Shown here one piece after another: positions 38,531-52,028 of a DNA stretch of 64,000 nt. The first letter of the stretch is position 1. Every line of letters begins with the position of its first letter. The position numbers and the translations under genes were made by a program. This stretch comes from Camelus ferus (lineage: Eukaryota): assembly GCF_009834535.1 (NCBI RefSeq), contig NC_045698.1, positions 11,038,001 to 11,102,000 on the forward strand. Reading direction: 5' to 3'. The notes beneath the pieces are model-generated. The model made no database searches and had not been told where the DNA came from. It worked only from the letters and a program-made list of their open reading frames with translations.

Positions 38531-38780
38531 ATTGTAGATTTTACATGCTTATTTGCTCTTGCTAAATTATGAGACATTTGAAAATAGTCATTGTGTTTTA
38601 TCTTTGTTTACACAGTAGCTGACATAATGCATGAAATAATCATTGCTTGATGAATGCTTACAACCTGAAATGGTCTTACCCGTTCCTTCTTACCCCATTC
38701 ATCACCTGTTGTGGACTTTCCCAGGGTTGATTTTCACCTTTGTTTTTCTGTCTCTTTGTAGTAGAGAATAACCTTTGTTT

Positions 38781-39071
38781 TGTTGGAAGTGTACAGGGAC
38801 ACCATGACCTGGCCTACGTGGACGGCTGCAAGAACAAAGAATGCCAGCAGCAAGAGCTTTGCAGCAACCAACCACATCCCCTCCCTTGTTTTTTCACATA
38901 AAATGAGCCTGTATTCTGACTAGAAGCAGGATAGTTCTCCAAGATATTAGTCTGCTATGCTCTCAGTCTGCTGGCTTCCTGAACAAAGTTGCTATTCCTT
39001 GCTCCAACACCTTGTCTCCTGATTTATTGGCCTGTCTTGCAGCGAGCAGAACAAGTTTGGACTCAGCAACA
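38781..39071 (+). mobile_element. ERV1-class solo LTR
   Basis: TG...CA; 3' end 'caacaccttgtctcctgatttattggcctgtcttgcagcgagcagaacaagtttggactcagcaaca' typical of MER4-group LTRs; flanks tgttt/tcttt. Confidence 0.75.
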
Positions 39072-39729
39072 TCTTTTTCTCTCAACTTCAGCTGTGACCT
39101 CTGTGTTTGCTAGTCACATCTCTATCACGTGACCTTACATGTCTTACACATTTTCCTCCACTCCAGAGCAAGCTTCTCCCCAGCTGCCATATGGGATCAC
39201 TGGCACCAGCAAATTTTCAGTTCTTTGAAGGCAACAACCTAGGGCCACTTCTTCCCTTTTGCGCTCTTTCCTCACATTTCGTCCTCAAGATTAGACGATG
39301 TCATGAACTCTGTTCTCATTTCTATTACGCTAGCCCAGGCAGCCATTCTTTGAACAACCTGAACAGGAGCTTCTGGACTCTTCTCTGTGTCCCTCTTCCC
39401 ATCCACCTGGAACTAAAACTTTCCCAACAGGTCTCTTGGAAACACCAGCCTCATCAAAGTCTCTCTCCTGCCACACTCCTTCAGATCAGAAAATGCCAAA
39501 GGCAACTGGTTGCCTCCTGGTTATCTCCAAGTGCCTTGGGGTAGCATTCAACAGTTCTGTAGACTCTGCCTCCACTCCATCTGGACAATCTCAACCTCCA
39601 CCTTATCCAGAAATTCAGACAGGCCCAACTCCTCTCTGATTCCTGAGCTCTCTGTGACCACCCTGGGCTCAAACACAGGCTTTTCCCAAGGATTTGAGGC
39701 AGTGTCTTCTTGGAATGCTTGTGAGTTTT

Positions 39730-39997
39730 CTTTAAACACTGAAATATTAATAGATTACTTTAGGAGAAAGATATAGATCTGTAGTTAGAAGATTTGGGGA
39801 AATATTTGATCAAATAAAATTAAATAGTTTTTAATGATAGTGAGGTTCTCAGAAATTTCATTATATTTATGTGCATGGTGCCTCCCCACAGAGGAAATTT
39901 AGTATACATCATTCTCCAAATTTTCTTATACGTAGAAACTCTTTAAAGAACACATTGGTGAGCTTAAAATCCGTAAAACACACCTAGGAAACTGCTG
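39730..39997. mobile_element. hAT-Charlie4-like fragment
   Basis: 'agatttggggaaata...ttctcagaaatttcattatatttatgtgcat...aacacacctaggaaactgctg'. Confidence 0.5.
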
Positions 39998-40687
39998 CTC
40001 CTGTGTATACGGGTTCCAGGTTTTCCTTTTTGTGGCTCGTGTTACCTCGATGGCTAATTTGTGTGCTTATTCAAACACTTTTTTTTCCTTTCGCATCTTT
40101 TTGATCACCTAGCTCAATGCTGTTATAGAGAAAGTGTAAAATAAATGTTTGTTAAATGAATGAATAAACTTTGCATTTCACTGATGAAAAAATTTGGGAA
40201 AATTTGAGACTGGACCAAAGTCTTGTGATTCCTACTTGAGTAGATCAAGTCATTTCCTAGCTAACTGGTTACCCAGAATTAAAGTTTCTACTGCCGAATC
40301 CCAAGTCTGTGAGCTCTCTGCAATTTAGCTACTCATTTATCTTAAAATACCATAGAAGGACCCATTCATATAACAGTCAGAGGAAGATTATTTAGACAAA
40401 GCTTTCGTTTTTCTCGGAAAATTTGAGCAATTCCCACCAAGACAGTCTTATTATAGCCTCCAATTTACTTGAAATTACAGACCATCACAGGAATATGGAA
40501 CTATAAGTTGGTATATGTGCAAAGCGATAGAAATAAGAAAGGAGGTGCTAAGGTTTTCTTTTTTTTTATAACTTAAGAAAATCTATTTCATCCTTCTAAT
40601 TTAGTTGTTACTGTCATGTTCCATAACTTGCAAATACATAAGTAAATTAATGGCATTATATGCTGACTCTTCTCTTGGTCAAGTAAT

Positions 40688-41010
40688 ATTTATTCAATCA
40701 ATAAACAGCTATTTATTGAGGAATGATGACCTCCCAGACTCTGTGGTAAGTGATGTGGTTACTGCCATGAACAAGCTAAAGGCACCATTGAATGTATAAT
40801 CATGGTAATGATAGACGCTAACAAGGAAAAGCACAGGCCTCCAAGTGCGCATGTGACAGCAAGACCCTAACCTAGTCTTGGGGCGACGGAGCGCTTCCTC
40901 AAGAAAGGTCCACTTAGAACAAAACTTGAGGCGCAAGTTAAGACTCAGCCAGAGAAAAATAGGAGAAGGCCCTGCTGTGGGAAGGGTCATGGAAAGTTTC
41001 AGAAACCAAA
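40688..41010 (-). mobile_element. L2 3' end
   Basis: 'tttattcaatcaataaacagctatttattgag...catgaacaag...cttcctcaagaaaggt'. Confidence 0.55.
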
Positions 41011-43464
41011 ATATAGTTCAAGAATGTCAAGGGAAAAAGAGATAACAAAAGCTAGCTTATAGGCCCACAAATGATGTCCATAACACATCTCACCCTTTCC
41101 CCACCTTTATTTTCTCCTTACTTGCCCAGAGTAAAAGTTTATATTTTCTTTTAAGCTTCTTTAGGAAGGGTTTTATTGAAAAGCACTGCTGGTAAACAGA
41201 GTAAATGATTCTGAAGCCCACTGACAACTTTTTAGAAAGCTTGGAATTATAAAATGAAGCTTCTGAACTTGTGACATTACAAACATTGCCTTGGTATTAG
41301 AGCATGATTGTCAAGGCAGCTTGGATGGCTGGCTTAGGGCCAGTGCGAATGATTCCAGTCTGGCCGTAACTGCAGCGAGATGAGGTAGTGATCGTTTTCC
41401 GCACTGTTGAAATAGTGCCTGCCCTTCACCCCAGAGGGGACGCTTACGGATGCTGGGTGACGTCAGAAGACCCAGGCATTGCGGTCCTGTGGGATTCACC
41501 TCAGGGTTAAAGAGTGTCATCTAAAAGAAAATGCAGAAATGTTCAAACTAAATGAAACCTAATTTGAAGCTTCTGATAGATATTTTGGGAAATTCAGTTT
41601 TAGAGGTGATGTTTTTAAAAGATTGTCTTAAAAGTATTACCAATGACTTGAGTATCTTTAAAAATAATAATGATAGAGAAATTAATCAAAGACCTAAACA
41701 TTTACTTGTTTTCATTAACTCATCATCTTAGAAAATGTAAAGAAAGAAAAAAAAAGGTGGACAAGAGAGTGTTTTGTGTCAAAAAGTCCCTGGAAGGGGA
41801 GCGAGGATGCCACATTCCCACCTTCCTTTTCCTCTTTCTCTCTTTCCACCTTTTATCTATACTGCCTCATGTCAGAAGTTATTCATGATGGCTTATAAAG
41901 TCACATTTGGCAAGGAACTTAATGAAGAAATTGGAGAAATGGGAAAAGAGGGAAGAAGAAAAAATAAATAAAAGCAGGGACCACATTAACACCTTCCCCC
42001 ATCACACTTCTATACTTGGCTCCACATTGCCTGGCCCCCAGTACAACAGCCTTAGGACAGAAATGAACCAAATGCTGGTTGGTGAGTCAGGGATCAGAGA
42101 CATTTCTCTGCTGGGTGGTTGGTGGGCATGATGGTGAAAGGGAGCTCCTGGGGAATACAGGCAAGAGATGGTGAAATGCTCAACAGCATTGCTACCATAG
42201 ATGCAACCACAAATGTCGCCGATCTGTTTTGAGTCATAGTTACTGAAGTCAGCAATGGTCTGATGCCGGAGTGCAGCTCAGTGGGCCAGAGGGGCCTGCT
42301 CCAGGCCTGTAAGCTTTTGATGGTCATCACAGTCAAAAGACCAAATATAGTCCTTTTTTTTTTTTTTAGCATTTCAGGGGATAGACGGGGTGGATGCATG
42401 ACCTCCCCACTGCCTTTACAAAGACTGAAAAACAATCAGGAAAAGGAAGCCTGTAGAGATAATTAAGACTTACATGTGAAAGAAAATGCAAATTGAAACA
42501 ACGGAAGCAAAACCATAAGAAGAAGCTATTACACTTTGAGGAGGATATTGTCTTGTGATTCAAACAAAGAAGAAAGGAAGAAAAATAATAAACCAGAAGG
42601 AAGTCAGTGATCTGGATCCTCCATAGAGGGGTGCCTCTGCACAGCCATGCCACCGGCAGCCAAGAGCGGCACAGACAGAGGGGTTACAGGGCACACTTTC
42701 TTGTGATCTGTCAGGTGAACAAGTGCCTTCTAGGGTCCTCCCACAGAGGTGATCCCACCTTGATCAAAGAGATGACTGTGCAGTCAGTGCCTCGCCTGCA
42801 GAAATGAGTAGACTGGTCTTTTAGTCCTGCCCATGCTCAACAGCTTCCAGGTCTCAGTAAACGAACTGCCGTGCAAGATGCTAAGCTCTGTGCTCGGGTG
42901 ATGGGCAAAGTGCTAGGGGAGCACCGGGAAGGACTTATTATTGGCCAATTTCTGTGTTAGTTCAGTGGTTTCGGAAAATATTAGGTGCTAACATTTCTTA
43001 GACAATAAAATAGATACAGGTTTGTCTTCGAGTTTAACAAATTATAAACATCTTATAATGTTTCCATTTTCTTTGTAATTTGGAAAATAATAATTTGCTC
43101 TCACAGGCAGTGTTAAGGTCTTGGAATTTTCATAGATGCCTTGCGGAGTGTCACCGTGGACAGATAAGATCTTCACCAGAAAGGTACGATAGCAACCATG
43201 TGGATGGAAAATGAGAAATAAGAGTAATGTAAGAATTTATATTTTTACAAAATGCCAGAAAACATGATAGTTTGTTAAAGAGTCGTTAAAATATCAGACA
43301 GATTGCCACCAACAGCCTACATCAATGCAGCCCACCCGTGGAGCTGGTGCAGAGCGGTGTGAGGACCTGCGCTCACCAAGGTTTCTACCTCACTATGGAT
43401 TATTTTGGTCCAGGAAGTAGTGCCCAAAACTGCCATCTGACAGAGGCCCAGCATCATTGGAGAC

Positions 43465-43803
43465 TGTCATGAATGTATCCTCCCAATTTATATGTTGAAA
43501 CCTAATTCCCAACGTGATGGTTCAAGGAGGTAGGAATTGGGTGATTATATTATGAGGGCAAAGCCCTCATGGATGGGATCCATGCCCTTATAGAAGACCC
43601 CAGAGAGCCCCCTCACCCCTTCTGTCAAGCAAGGACACAGAGAGAACATTACTAACTGTGAACTAGGAAGTGGGTCCCCACCAGATACCTATTCTTGATC
43701 TTGGACTTTGCAGTCTCCCTGACAGTGAAAAATTGACTTCTGTGGTTTATAATCCACCCAGTCCACAGTATTTTTGTTATAGTAGCCCCAAAATACGAAG
43801 ACA
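43465..43803 (+). mobile_element. MaLR solo LTR (MLT1A0-like)
   Basis: 'tatatgttgaaacctaattcccaacgtgatgg...gccctcatggatgggat...gatcttggactt...tttgttatagtagcc...aagaca'. Confidence 0.88.
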
Positions 43804-44130
43804 CACAGTAAGAATTATACTTGCGTCCTATGCTACCACTCGTTTTCAATAAGATATTCCAGTATTTGTATTAAGCTATAATTAGAATGTCGAAGAGCTA
43901 AATTTTCATCGCGGCATACAGCCCTTATGAAAACCAGGAGACTGGAATTGCAATATCATATTGTTTGCAAATATCATATTGTCTGCAAAGTTGTTTTAAA
44001 CCCGTTGTTTTTTAAAAGAAAATGCCACACTTTTTAAATAGGAAAAGAGAGCAATGTGACCAAAAACCTATAGCAATAAGGTCAAACTAACACACTTACT
44101 CTCAATGAATTAGGACCCTTTGTGTTCCAA

Positions 44131-44235
44131 GTTTTTTTTTTAAACTGAAGTACACTCAGTTGCAACATGTCCAACTCTGGTGTTCAGCACAATGTCCCAG
44201 TCATGCACATACACAGATACATTCGTTTTCACATT
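44131..44235 (-). mobile_element. Very short (~105 bp) camelid L1 3'-end insertion
   Basis: Poly-T then 'aaactgaagtacactcagttgcaac'; TSD ctttgtgttccaa (44118-44130) / ctttgtgttcccaa (44236-44249). Confidence 0.85.
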
Positions 44236-44836
44236 CTTTGTGTTCCCAATTATTTAGCACCTTGTACACAGGCTTCTCTTGGCTTTTCCTGGAGGAAATG
44301 TCTCTGTTAGGATCAGGTCATGCTTGTTAAGTTACAGCACAAAGCTCAACCACATGCATACGAACACATATGTTCCAAAAGCTGATTGCTGATTTTCCTA
44401 TACGCTGAAACATGAGCAGGAATTGCAGTCATAAGAAGTGAGAAAATGTTAGAACAGATATTTCCTGCTATTTAAAAAACAAGTCTCAGATATTATTAAG
44501 TATATCATATAAATAAGATTAATAATATAATAAATACATTAACACAGCTATTAGCTTTTCAACTGTGATATGTATGTAATCACATATAACCCTCCTTGAC
44601 GTAGCCCCCAGACATTCCAATTGTGGATTGAAAAGCATAACGATTTGGGGGTACATAGATAAAAGCATCCAAAGATGCAGTAAAATTTTTTTACACAAAT
44701 TCCACCCTTGCTACTAATGAGAAACTGATATCATATGTATACTTTGAGCACCAGTGTATATAGTTTTCTCTGTGCATGAACCCATCTCAAAAAAATATGG
44801 AAAATCAATGACTTGAACTGAATTTGATATTCCTAC

Positions 44837-44872
44837 AAAAAAAAGAGAGAGAGAGAGAGAGAGAAAGAAAGA
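44837..44872. repeat. Poly-A/(GA)n/(GAAA)n microsatellite
   Basis: Directly visible. Confidence 0.85.
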
Positions 44873-45167
44873 ACAAGAGGATCACTTGGAAAGTGTTATC
44901 GCGCACAGGCTATGGCAACATCTGGTCAACTTACTGAAACAACCACTGAATAAGACAGTTTATCAGACACTTGAAATGCGAAACGTAGCAGGGAGAAGTG
45001 TGGACCTACTGAGCCAGTAACTTTGAATTGGTGTCAAAATGAGAGGAAAAATAAATAAGCACTCAACATTCTCATACAGAAGTCTTACCGTCCAAAATAA
45101 AGTAAAATAATACAAAAGAATAAATAATTATTATAACATCTAATGAAAGCAAATTTTCCTTATTAAT

Positions 45168-45386
45168 CAGTGGTAGACAAATTTTTTTTCTGTGAAACCC
45201 ATTCACCTTCCCAGCTGTGCAGTCTTTGTCACACTACAATTCTGCCATTGTACCACAAAAGCAGTCAGAGACAATACTGAAACAAATGGCACGACGCTGT
45301 TCCAAACAATGGTTGGTTTTTTTCTTTTTTTGCAAAAACTGGCAGCAGACTGGATTTGTCTAAGGACCACAGTTGCCAACTTATGT
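45168..45386 (+). mobile_element. MER58A-like hAT MITE
   Basis: 'actacaattctgccattgtaccacaaaagcagtcagagacaatact..aaacaaatgg...ctggatttg...agttgccaac'. Confidence 0.75.
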
Positions 45387-45564
45387 TTTAGGTTGTAAGA
45401 AGACTTAATTCTTGGCAAAAATAGGTCAAGAGTATAGATAACACAACAAATATTTACCTGCAGTGAACCCACCAAATTTCATAGCTACTGGTACCATTGG
45501 CAGAACCTCAAACTTCTTGAAATAATAGCAACATAAAATTTTAGCACCTAAATGTCAATGGCAG

Positions 45565-45780
45565 TCTGTGCTGTATAATATGGTAGCCAGTAGCCACACA
45601 TGACTGTTTATATTTAAATATAAACTAATTAAAATTAAGTAAAATTTAACATTGAGTTTCTCTGTCCCATCAGCCACATTTCAAGTGTTCAACAGATATA
45701 TGTGTATTATAGCTGCCATATTGGACAGCACAGAAGACAGAATATTTCCATCATGATGGGAGTTTTATTGGGTAACGCTG
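45565..45780. mobile_element. MER3-like hAT MITE
   Basis: 'aatatggtagccagtagccacacatg...aattaaaattaagtaaaatt...agccacatttcaagtg...atattggacagcacag'. Confidence 0.8.
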
Positions 45781-46834
45781 GTCTAGATTATACAGATTAG
45801 ACATACAAAGAAACTGAAGCTTAGCAGTGGAGTGTCTTGCTATAAACCACGGGGCAGTTCAGTGGGGACACCAGAAGGGCATCTGAGTTCTTCTGCCTCC
45901 TAGTGTCTCATGCATAATAGGAGACAATCAGTCAACAAAGAACAGCACTCTGAAAATGCGATGTGTAGCGACCCCAGACAGAAGTAACATCAGTTAAAGA
46001 CAGTTATTTAAAGATGCTCTGGACCCGAGGCACCAGACTCTTGGTGGAGGCCATATGAATATAAATGTTTCTCTATAAAAACGTCTAGGAAAGTTCCTTG
46101 ACATGGGACCTTAGAGACAACAGAAAGATGAAGATAATCTCTTATTTAGTGAGTTTATATATAAAGTGGGGTTTGTCTAATACTAATGTCAAATACTTCC
46201 CTTCGAAGGAACAGAGAAACTTCCATCTAAGGGCGGATAAAACGGGCTTGTTTCTGACCTGCTTCAAAAGGAATGATATTTGCCTGTATTATTTAGATTC
46301 TGTGGGTCCCTTCTCTCTGCCCCAAGCTGTTTGTGCTTACGTCATCCTGGAGTCTTTTTCTTGCCTAGTTGTCCTTATTCCCAGTCTCTGCGTGTACAGT
46401 TACTGAAAAAGCACTGCTAAGATGACATCTGTAGCCTCTAGATGCATTATCACTTCACTGTATACCCAGAAATTCCTTCTAGTACCTTCTTTTTTGGATA
46501 GTTCTGCATTTTCAGCCTCAGTAATCTGAGTTTTCCATTACTGACTTTTATATTCTGTTTTCACACCGAAACTGGGGAGCTCCATCAATCTCTGTTCATT
46601 TCAGTAGAAAGTCACTTTCAAACTAGGTTGGAGCCAAATGGTGGACCATCTGGAACATGGCACTTTCTAGGGAGCTCTGTCTGCACATGCTGGGCATGTT
46701 GCTGTTTAACAACTGCCCAGTGAGTTTTAGCACACTCTCCCTGAACAGCTTTCCCTGCTGTCTTCATCCCAACTATTTTTTAAATAGTGCTTGACTTGCC
46801 ATAAGACACTAGACTGTGTGCTTACTACTAAATG

Positions 46835-47252
46835 AGGTCTTTGGTCGGGTTCCCTGGAAAAGACATTGAGGCTGATCAATGCAGGAGTCTGATCAGGGCT
46901 TGTGGCAGGGGCAACACTCATCAGGAAGTGAGGGAGGGAGCATGGGACAGAGGGAGACATTGAACTGAGATGCAGAAGAGGCCCCACTGATCCACGAGGA
47001 GCTCCACAAGAACAGGGATGGTCCTTCAGTTATCCCAAAGTGAGGCAAAGGAGACAGCCTTTGTCTAGCTATCGGATTAGGTTCCCCCAGGAAGGAGGCA
47101 TCAATGTGAGTGGGGTAGTCCCATTGGTCAAGGGCAATTCCTGGAGAAGGAAGGAGCAGCCAGCATAGTTGCCAGGACTCCCAGCAGCTGTGGGGACAGA
47201 GTGTGCCAGTCCTGGAGGGGCATCAGGGCAGTGACTCATAGCAGCCACTACA
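46835..47252 (-). mobile_element. ERVL LTR (LTR16C-like)
   Basis: 'gggttccctggaa', 'gggacagagggagacattgaactgagatgca', 'ggcaattcctggaga', 'actcccagcagctg', ends 'ccactaca'. Confidence 0.8.
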
Positions 47253-47368
47253 GTGAGGTGACGTAACAAGAGGTACTGGCACAAAGTAGATGTTCAATAA
47301 ATGTGTATTTAAAAAATTCTACCTTAACTCATTTTGAAAGAATTTTGTTTTGTTTTGAGCTTATAAGT

Positions 47369-47490
47369 GGGGAGGATGTAGCTCAAGTGGTCGAGTACAT
47401 GCCTACAATGCACAAGGTCCTGCATTCAATCCCCAGAATCTCCATTAAAAATAAATAAATAAACCTAATTACTTCCCCTCCAAACTAACC
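47369..47490 (+). mobile_element. tRNA-derived camelid SINE (vic-1-type)
   Basis: GGGGAGGATGTAGCTCAAGTGG (A box), 'aggtcctgcattcaatcccc' (degenerate B box), tail 'aaataaataaataaacctaattac'; degenerate TSD gttttgagcttata/gttttgggctcgta. Confidence 0.85.
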
Positions 47491-47635
47491 AAGGACGTTT
47501 TGGGCTCGTATCAATTCATGGAATGTTAGATTGTAAAGACACCTTACAGTTTATTCAAACCTACCCAAGACAAGAACACTTTCACAAATCAGCACGCGGC
47601 ACCTCACATGAAGCTCGTGGTGAAAAGCTAACATC

Positions 47636-47911
47636 TGCTAGGGGCTCTGGACTGAATATTTGTGTCCTCCCCAAATTATGTTGAAACCTAACCCCCACTG
47701 TGATGAAACTTGGAAGTGAAGCCCTTTGGGAGGTGATTAGGTCTCTGCCCTCATGAATGAGATTTGTGCACATATGAAAAAGACCCCAGGGAGTTCCCTT
47801 GCCCTTTCTGCCATGTGAGGACACAGTGAGAGGACTATTAGCCAGGAAACTGGCCACCAACCAGACGCCAATTCTGGCTGCACCTTGACCTTGGACTTCC
47901 CAGCATTCCAG
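47636..47911 (+). mobile_element. MaLR LTR (MLT1A-like), 3'-truncated
   Basis: 'tgaatatttgtgtcctccccaaattatgttgaaacctaa...gccatgtgaggacacag...caccttgaccttggacttcccagc'. Confidence 0.85.
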
Positions 47912-48724
47912 GCATATCAGCCTACTTTTTGGTACTAAATCAGGACACAATATAGCAAATAGAAGTGGCCAAAGATACCCAAAGAAATAGGAAGACTCTA
48001 TCCAGATATAGAAATTATGTCTACATTCTTGTTCTGATTTAAAAAGAATTCATACTAAGTATTTTAAGTAGATTACTGAGTTTATTTAACTGATAAAAAT
48101 GGACCTATTTGCTGGTCAAGATTCTGTTTGAATGAATTAACCAAATGATTTTTGTATAATTTGTTTGGTTGATCCAAAAATAGACAAAGAAATGAATTTT
48201 TATAATCTGCCAACATGTGAATATAGGGACCTTTATTATATCCTTAAAACTACCCTGCACTTGTGGAAGATTCTGAAGATACTGGGGGTCACCGCTCTCT
48301 GCAGAAGTGTTGGGGAGTCAAAACTCACGCAGAGGGAGTAAGACACAGCGTAAGACCGAATGAAAGCACTATCACTGCAGGGCTAACTTTAGGGTCTTGT
48401 TTGTTGAACAGGCACCCTGGGGGTGCCCCTCCTCAGGGGTATGATTTTTCCGGGGCCCATCTTAGAAGACTGGTGCTTCCCCCAGAGATAATTCCACTTC
48501 TCAACCCATTTCTAGAACTTCTTTATGGAAAGTGCCTTTAAAACTTGTTTCACATTATTTTCCTGTGTTCATTATTTGTCTTTGAGTTTCATTTTGGGAA
48601 TAGCCAAAGTAATAAATAAAGTCAAACTTAGAAATAATTCTCTGGATCCAAACTAAGTTATAATTAATGATTTTTTTCTTCTGGAATAGCTAATAGACTA
48701 GCTCATTCATTCACTTATACAATT

Positions 48725-49021
48725 TTATCTTATTTAAACTGAGATATAATTGATATGTAACACTGTGTAAATTGAAGTTGTACCATGTATTGATTTGACA
48801 CATTTATGTATTACAATATGATTACTGGAATGGCATAGTTTACACCTCAATCATGTCATGTAATGATAGTTTCTTTTTTGTGGTGAGAATATTTGAGATT
48901 TACTCTCTTACTAACTTTGAAGTATATTATACAATGTTGTTGACTATAGTCATTATGCTATGCATTTGATCTCAGAACTTATTCATCTTCTGGTTGGAAG
49001 TTTGTGCCCTTTGATCAACAT
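48725..49021 (-). mobile_element. L1MA9/10-like 3' end
   Basis: 'ttttttgtggtgagaatatttgagatttactctctta...ttgactatagtca...agaacttattcatctt'. Confidence 0.85.
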
Positions 49022-52000
49022 GTAATCAATGTAAACTCTTTTCCTTTCTCCTCCATGGAAGTCACCCACGTGTATATCCCAACACTGGGCATTCGAAGAT
49101 GCCCACCTAATCTTGGGTGGATAAGTTGCAAAAGAGTATTTTAAGGAGGATTCTCTGATGGGGCACGCTGGATAAGGGAGAGCTTGGGGCTTCCGGAGCC
49201 AGACAAATTAGTTGGGGGTCCAAAATGAAATATACATTTGGAAAATATCGTGTGGTTTTTCTTTGCTCAAATCCTCTATATTCTTGCCTCAATTCTCCTT
49301 TTCATTTGTGGGTTCAGATAAACTATCTGGCTCAGAAATAAGGAGGATAATGAACAAAAAGGAAGACAAGAAGGAAGTCGAGGGAAAGTGTAGATAACAC
49401 AAAGTAGGGTCACTAAAATGCCACAGTAATTAGGATGGGAATAAATAAACATTCCAGAAGTCTCCAAAGGATTAATTTTTGACACAATTAATTTTATTTG
49501 CTTTGGAAACATGAAGTGGATTTGGTCGTCATCTGGATGCAATTGAGTCTTCCCAGTCCTAGGCTAGATAGTTATTTTTTTGCTGATTTTAATATGCTGC
49601 CAGTGCCAAAAGTCCTCTGGGTAAATATATCAGATTCATAAAAATGCCCAACAAAATCAAATGAACCAAACACTGTTGAATGAATGACTCACAAAATGAG
49701 ACATTTTCACCAAATAAATATTCTTTTGCTTTCCACTATATTTAGCTAAGGAAAAAAAAAGAAAAAAAAATTTCACACAGATCCAAACACTTTGTGCGTT
49801 TATTATGAACATGTGTACAAGACAGTGTCAGGATTATATATACAGGTAGTTGGCATAGGTGACCAAGGGTGGGCGCTATTCAAACGACTCTCAAAATAGT
49901 TCTTTTTGTGCACTCCAAATTTTTTATGCACTATTCAGAGACATTCTCTGAAGATTAAAATTCTATATAGCATTTTGGTTAGAAAAACATTGCATGGCTC
50001 TCTGGTTAGACTGTAGAAAAAGTTTGGTAAACTGAAAATTCATTTTCAGTCTGTAATTTACCAGCTCTTAAAAGATGATTTTTTTAAAGTGTTCAAATTT
50101 ATTTATCAGACAAATCAGTCTTAGGAGGAAGCAAGTGACACCAATGACAGCTGGTGCTGGTGATTCTTTTTACAACAGACTGGAAAACACTTTTATTAAT
50201 AGTGATAGCTCAGGGGAGTAAAACTGTTATTTTCATGTTACACAAACATGAATGGTTTGTTTCAATTTCTTAAATCTCTGTGTCTATGTTTATGTTAATA
50301 TCATAATCTCTTGTTAATACACACATTGGCTTCCGCTGCAGAGGTTCCTGTTATACGGAGCTCTGTGAAGTCCTAAGGAGTCATGAAAGCGGGACAGAGG
50401 TCCAGGTAGAGAAGGACCAAACAGAATGCAGGTGCTACATTAGGGAAAAGCCAAGAAAGGACAGGACTTTTTGGGGTCTTATTATGAAAATGTTTAGGTA
50501 GACCAGAGAGGGGCCTCACCAAGGACCTGGAGACGACTCTGAAATGATTCTGCTCATAGCTTACCATGGAAGATACACTCTTCTTGAAAACCAAAGCTAT
50601 CAGCCATCAGAAGATAATTTACGAAGGCTCTACAAATGGTCACAGGAGATTCTTAGCATCACAGTCTTCTTCAGGGAAATTGCTTGAATAGTTTACTAAG
50701 GACATTTCTACCTAATTGAAAATTCAGAGATGGTTGTAGTAAAAATGTATATTCTAGACTCTGTTTATGGAATAAGCTGCGATCTGGATTATTCTAACAG
50801 TATAATAGAGACAAACTTTCCTTTTCTTTCTCAATTTATTTTTCTAATCGTTTGTTATTGATATATGTAAATTAATTTCATTTTATATTGACCTTAATAA
50901 ATTCATGTATTAATTTTAACAATTTATAAGCCTTTTATTTGGCCAAGCAAAGAGTTGTGTTTTCTTGGAAAACCCCATATTTGGGTTTGCCTTCTCTTTG
51001 TGCCCTGAATCACTTCCCTTTTCTCCTCATGCGTGGGATTGCATAATTTGATAGTGTTAACATGTAAACTTTGCTTCAGGCTCTGTTTTCCAGGGAGCCC
51101 AAGCTAAAACAGTCTTCAAAATTCCTTTCCTATTTAATGACTCCCAAGGCCACTTCCAATTCTAATACACTTGCCCAAGGCCACAATGTAAGAAGGGAGC
51201 GTAACTGAGAGCTAAACCAATCTGTCTCTCCATTAGCGCCATATTGCTGATAGCCAAAACTTTACCCCAGGCGTCTGTCCTTGCCCTGTCCTAGCCCCAC
51301 TCCAAGGAGTGTCTCTCCCTTAGAAACAATTGAAAAGGAAGAATTACCTTTTAATCATGAACTGCTGTGGGCAGAATTTACCTTCTGCTGCTCTACAAAT
51401 GGAAACAAACACTCAGGGGTTAATCGTCAGAACAGATGGAGATCTTGGCTACAAAATGTTTACTGACAAGACATTTTCTATTTGAAATTCTTTCCTGTCT
51501 CGGCTTCCATCTTGCCATATACTTTTTCCTCTGCTAACTTCTCTAGGCACGTATAAATTATTGTCTCCACCTACCCTATCCTCTGATTTCAAAAGTTACT
51601 CTGGGCATTCAATTCTAGCCCCACTCGCATGCTTGGAAGCTTTCTCCATCTGTTGCTTCTCCTCAAATCTCTTTTAAAAAAGTCCTCCCCAATCAGAAGA
51701 ACACAAAGTCATTTTAGGTCTAATTAGATCAATGGATGCTCAAGTTCTGTATCTAACAGCTCTCCAAAAATTGGACAGTGGATGGTTACGCTGAAAATTG
51801 GCCGTGGGTCCCTTTAGGGAAGGATTCAGGAAATAGTCTACCCTGTTTACTTCACTCTATTGTTACTTCGCTTCCCTGTCAATCATATGACTCTAAGTCT
51901 GTAAATTAACTTAGATCCCAAAATAGGGTGAGGAACCTTGAATTTCCATTGTAGCTACTGACATCACCCTTCGGTTCATCAGACTTTGATATTTTTTGAT

Positions 52001-52028
52001 CATACACATCAAGCAACACCATAGTTAT

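Noticed and set aside
42094..42435. Coding-looking segment (113-aa minus ORF; an alternative frame reads ..DFSNYDSKQIGDICGCIYG..)
   Set aside because: No family recognised, an in-frame stop in the alternative frame and no convincing splice pair; would need BLASTX.
47369..47445. tRNA gene
   Set aside because: Degenerate B box and stems, SINE-type tail and TSD: a tRNA-derived SINE, not a tRNA.
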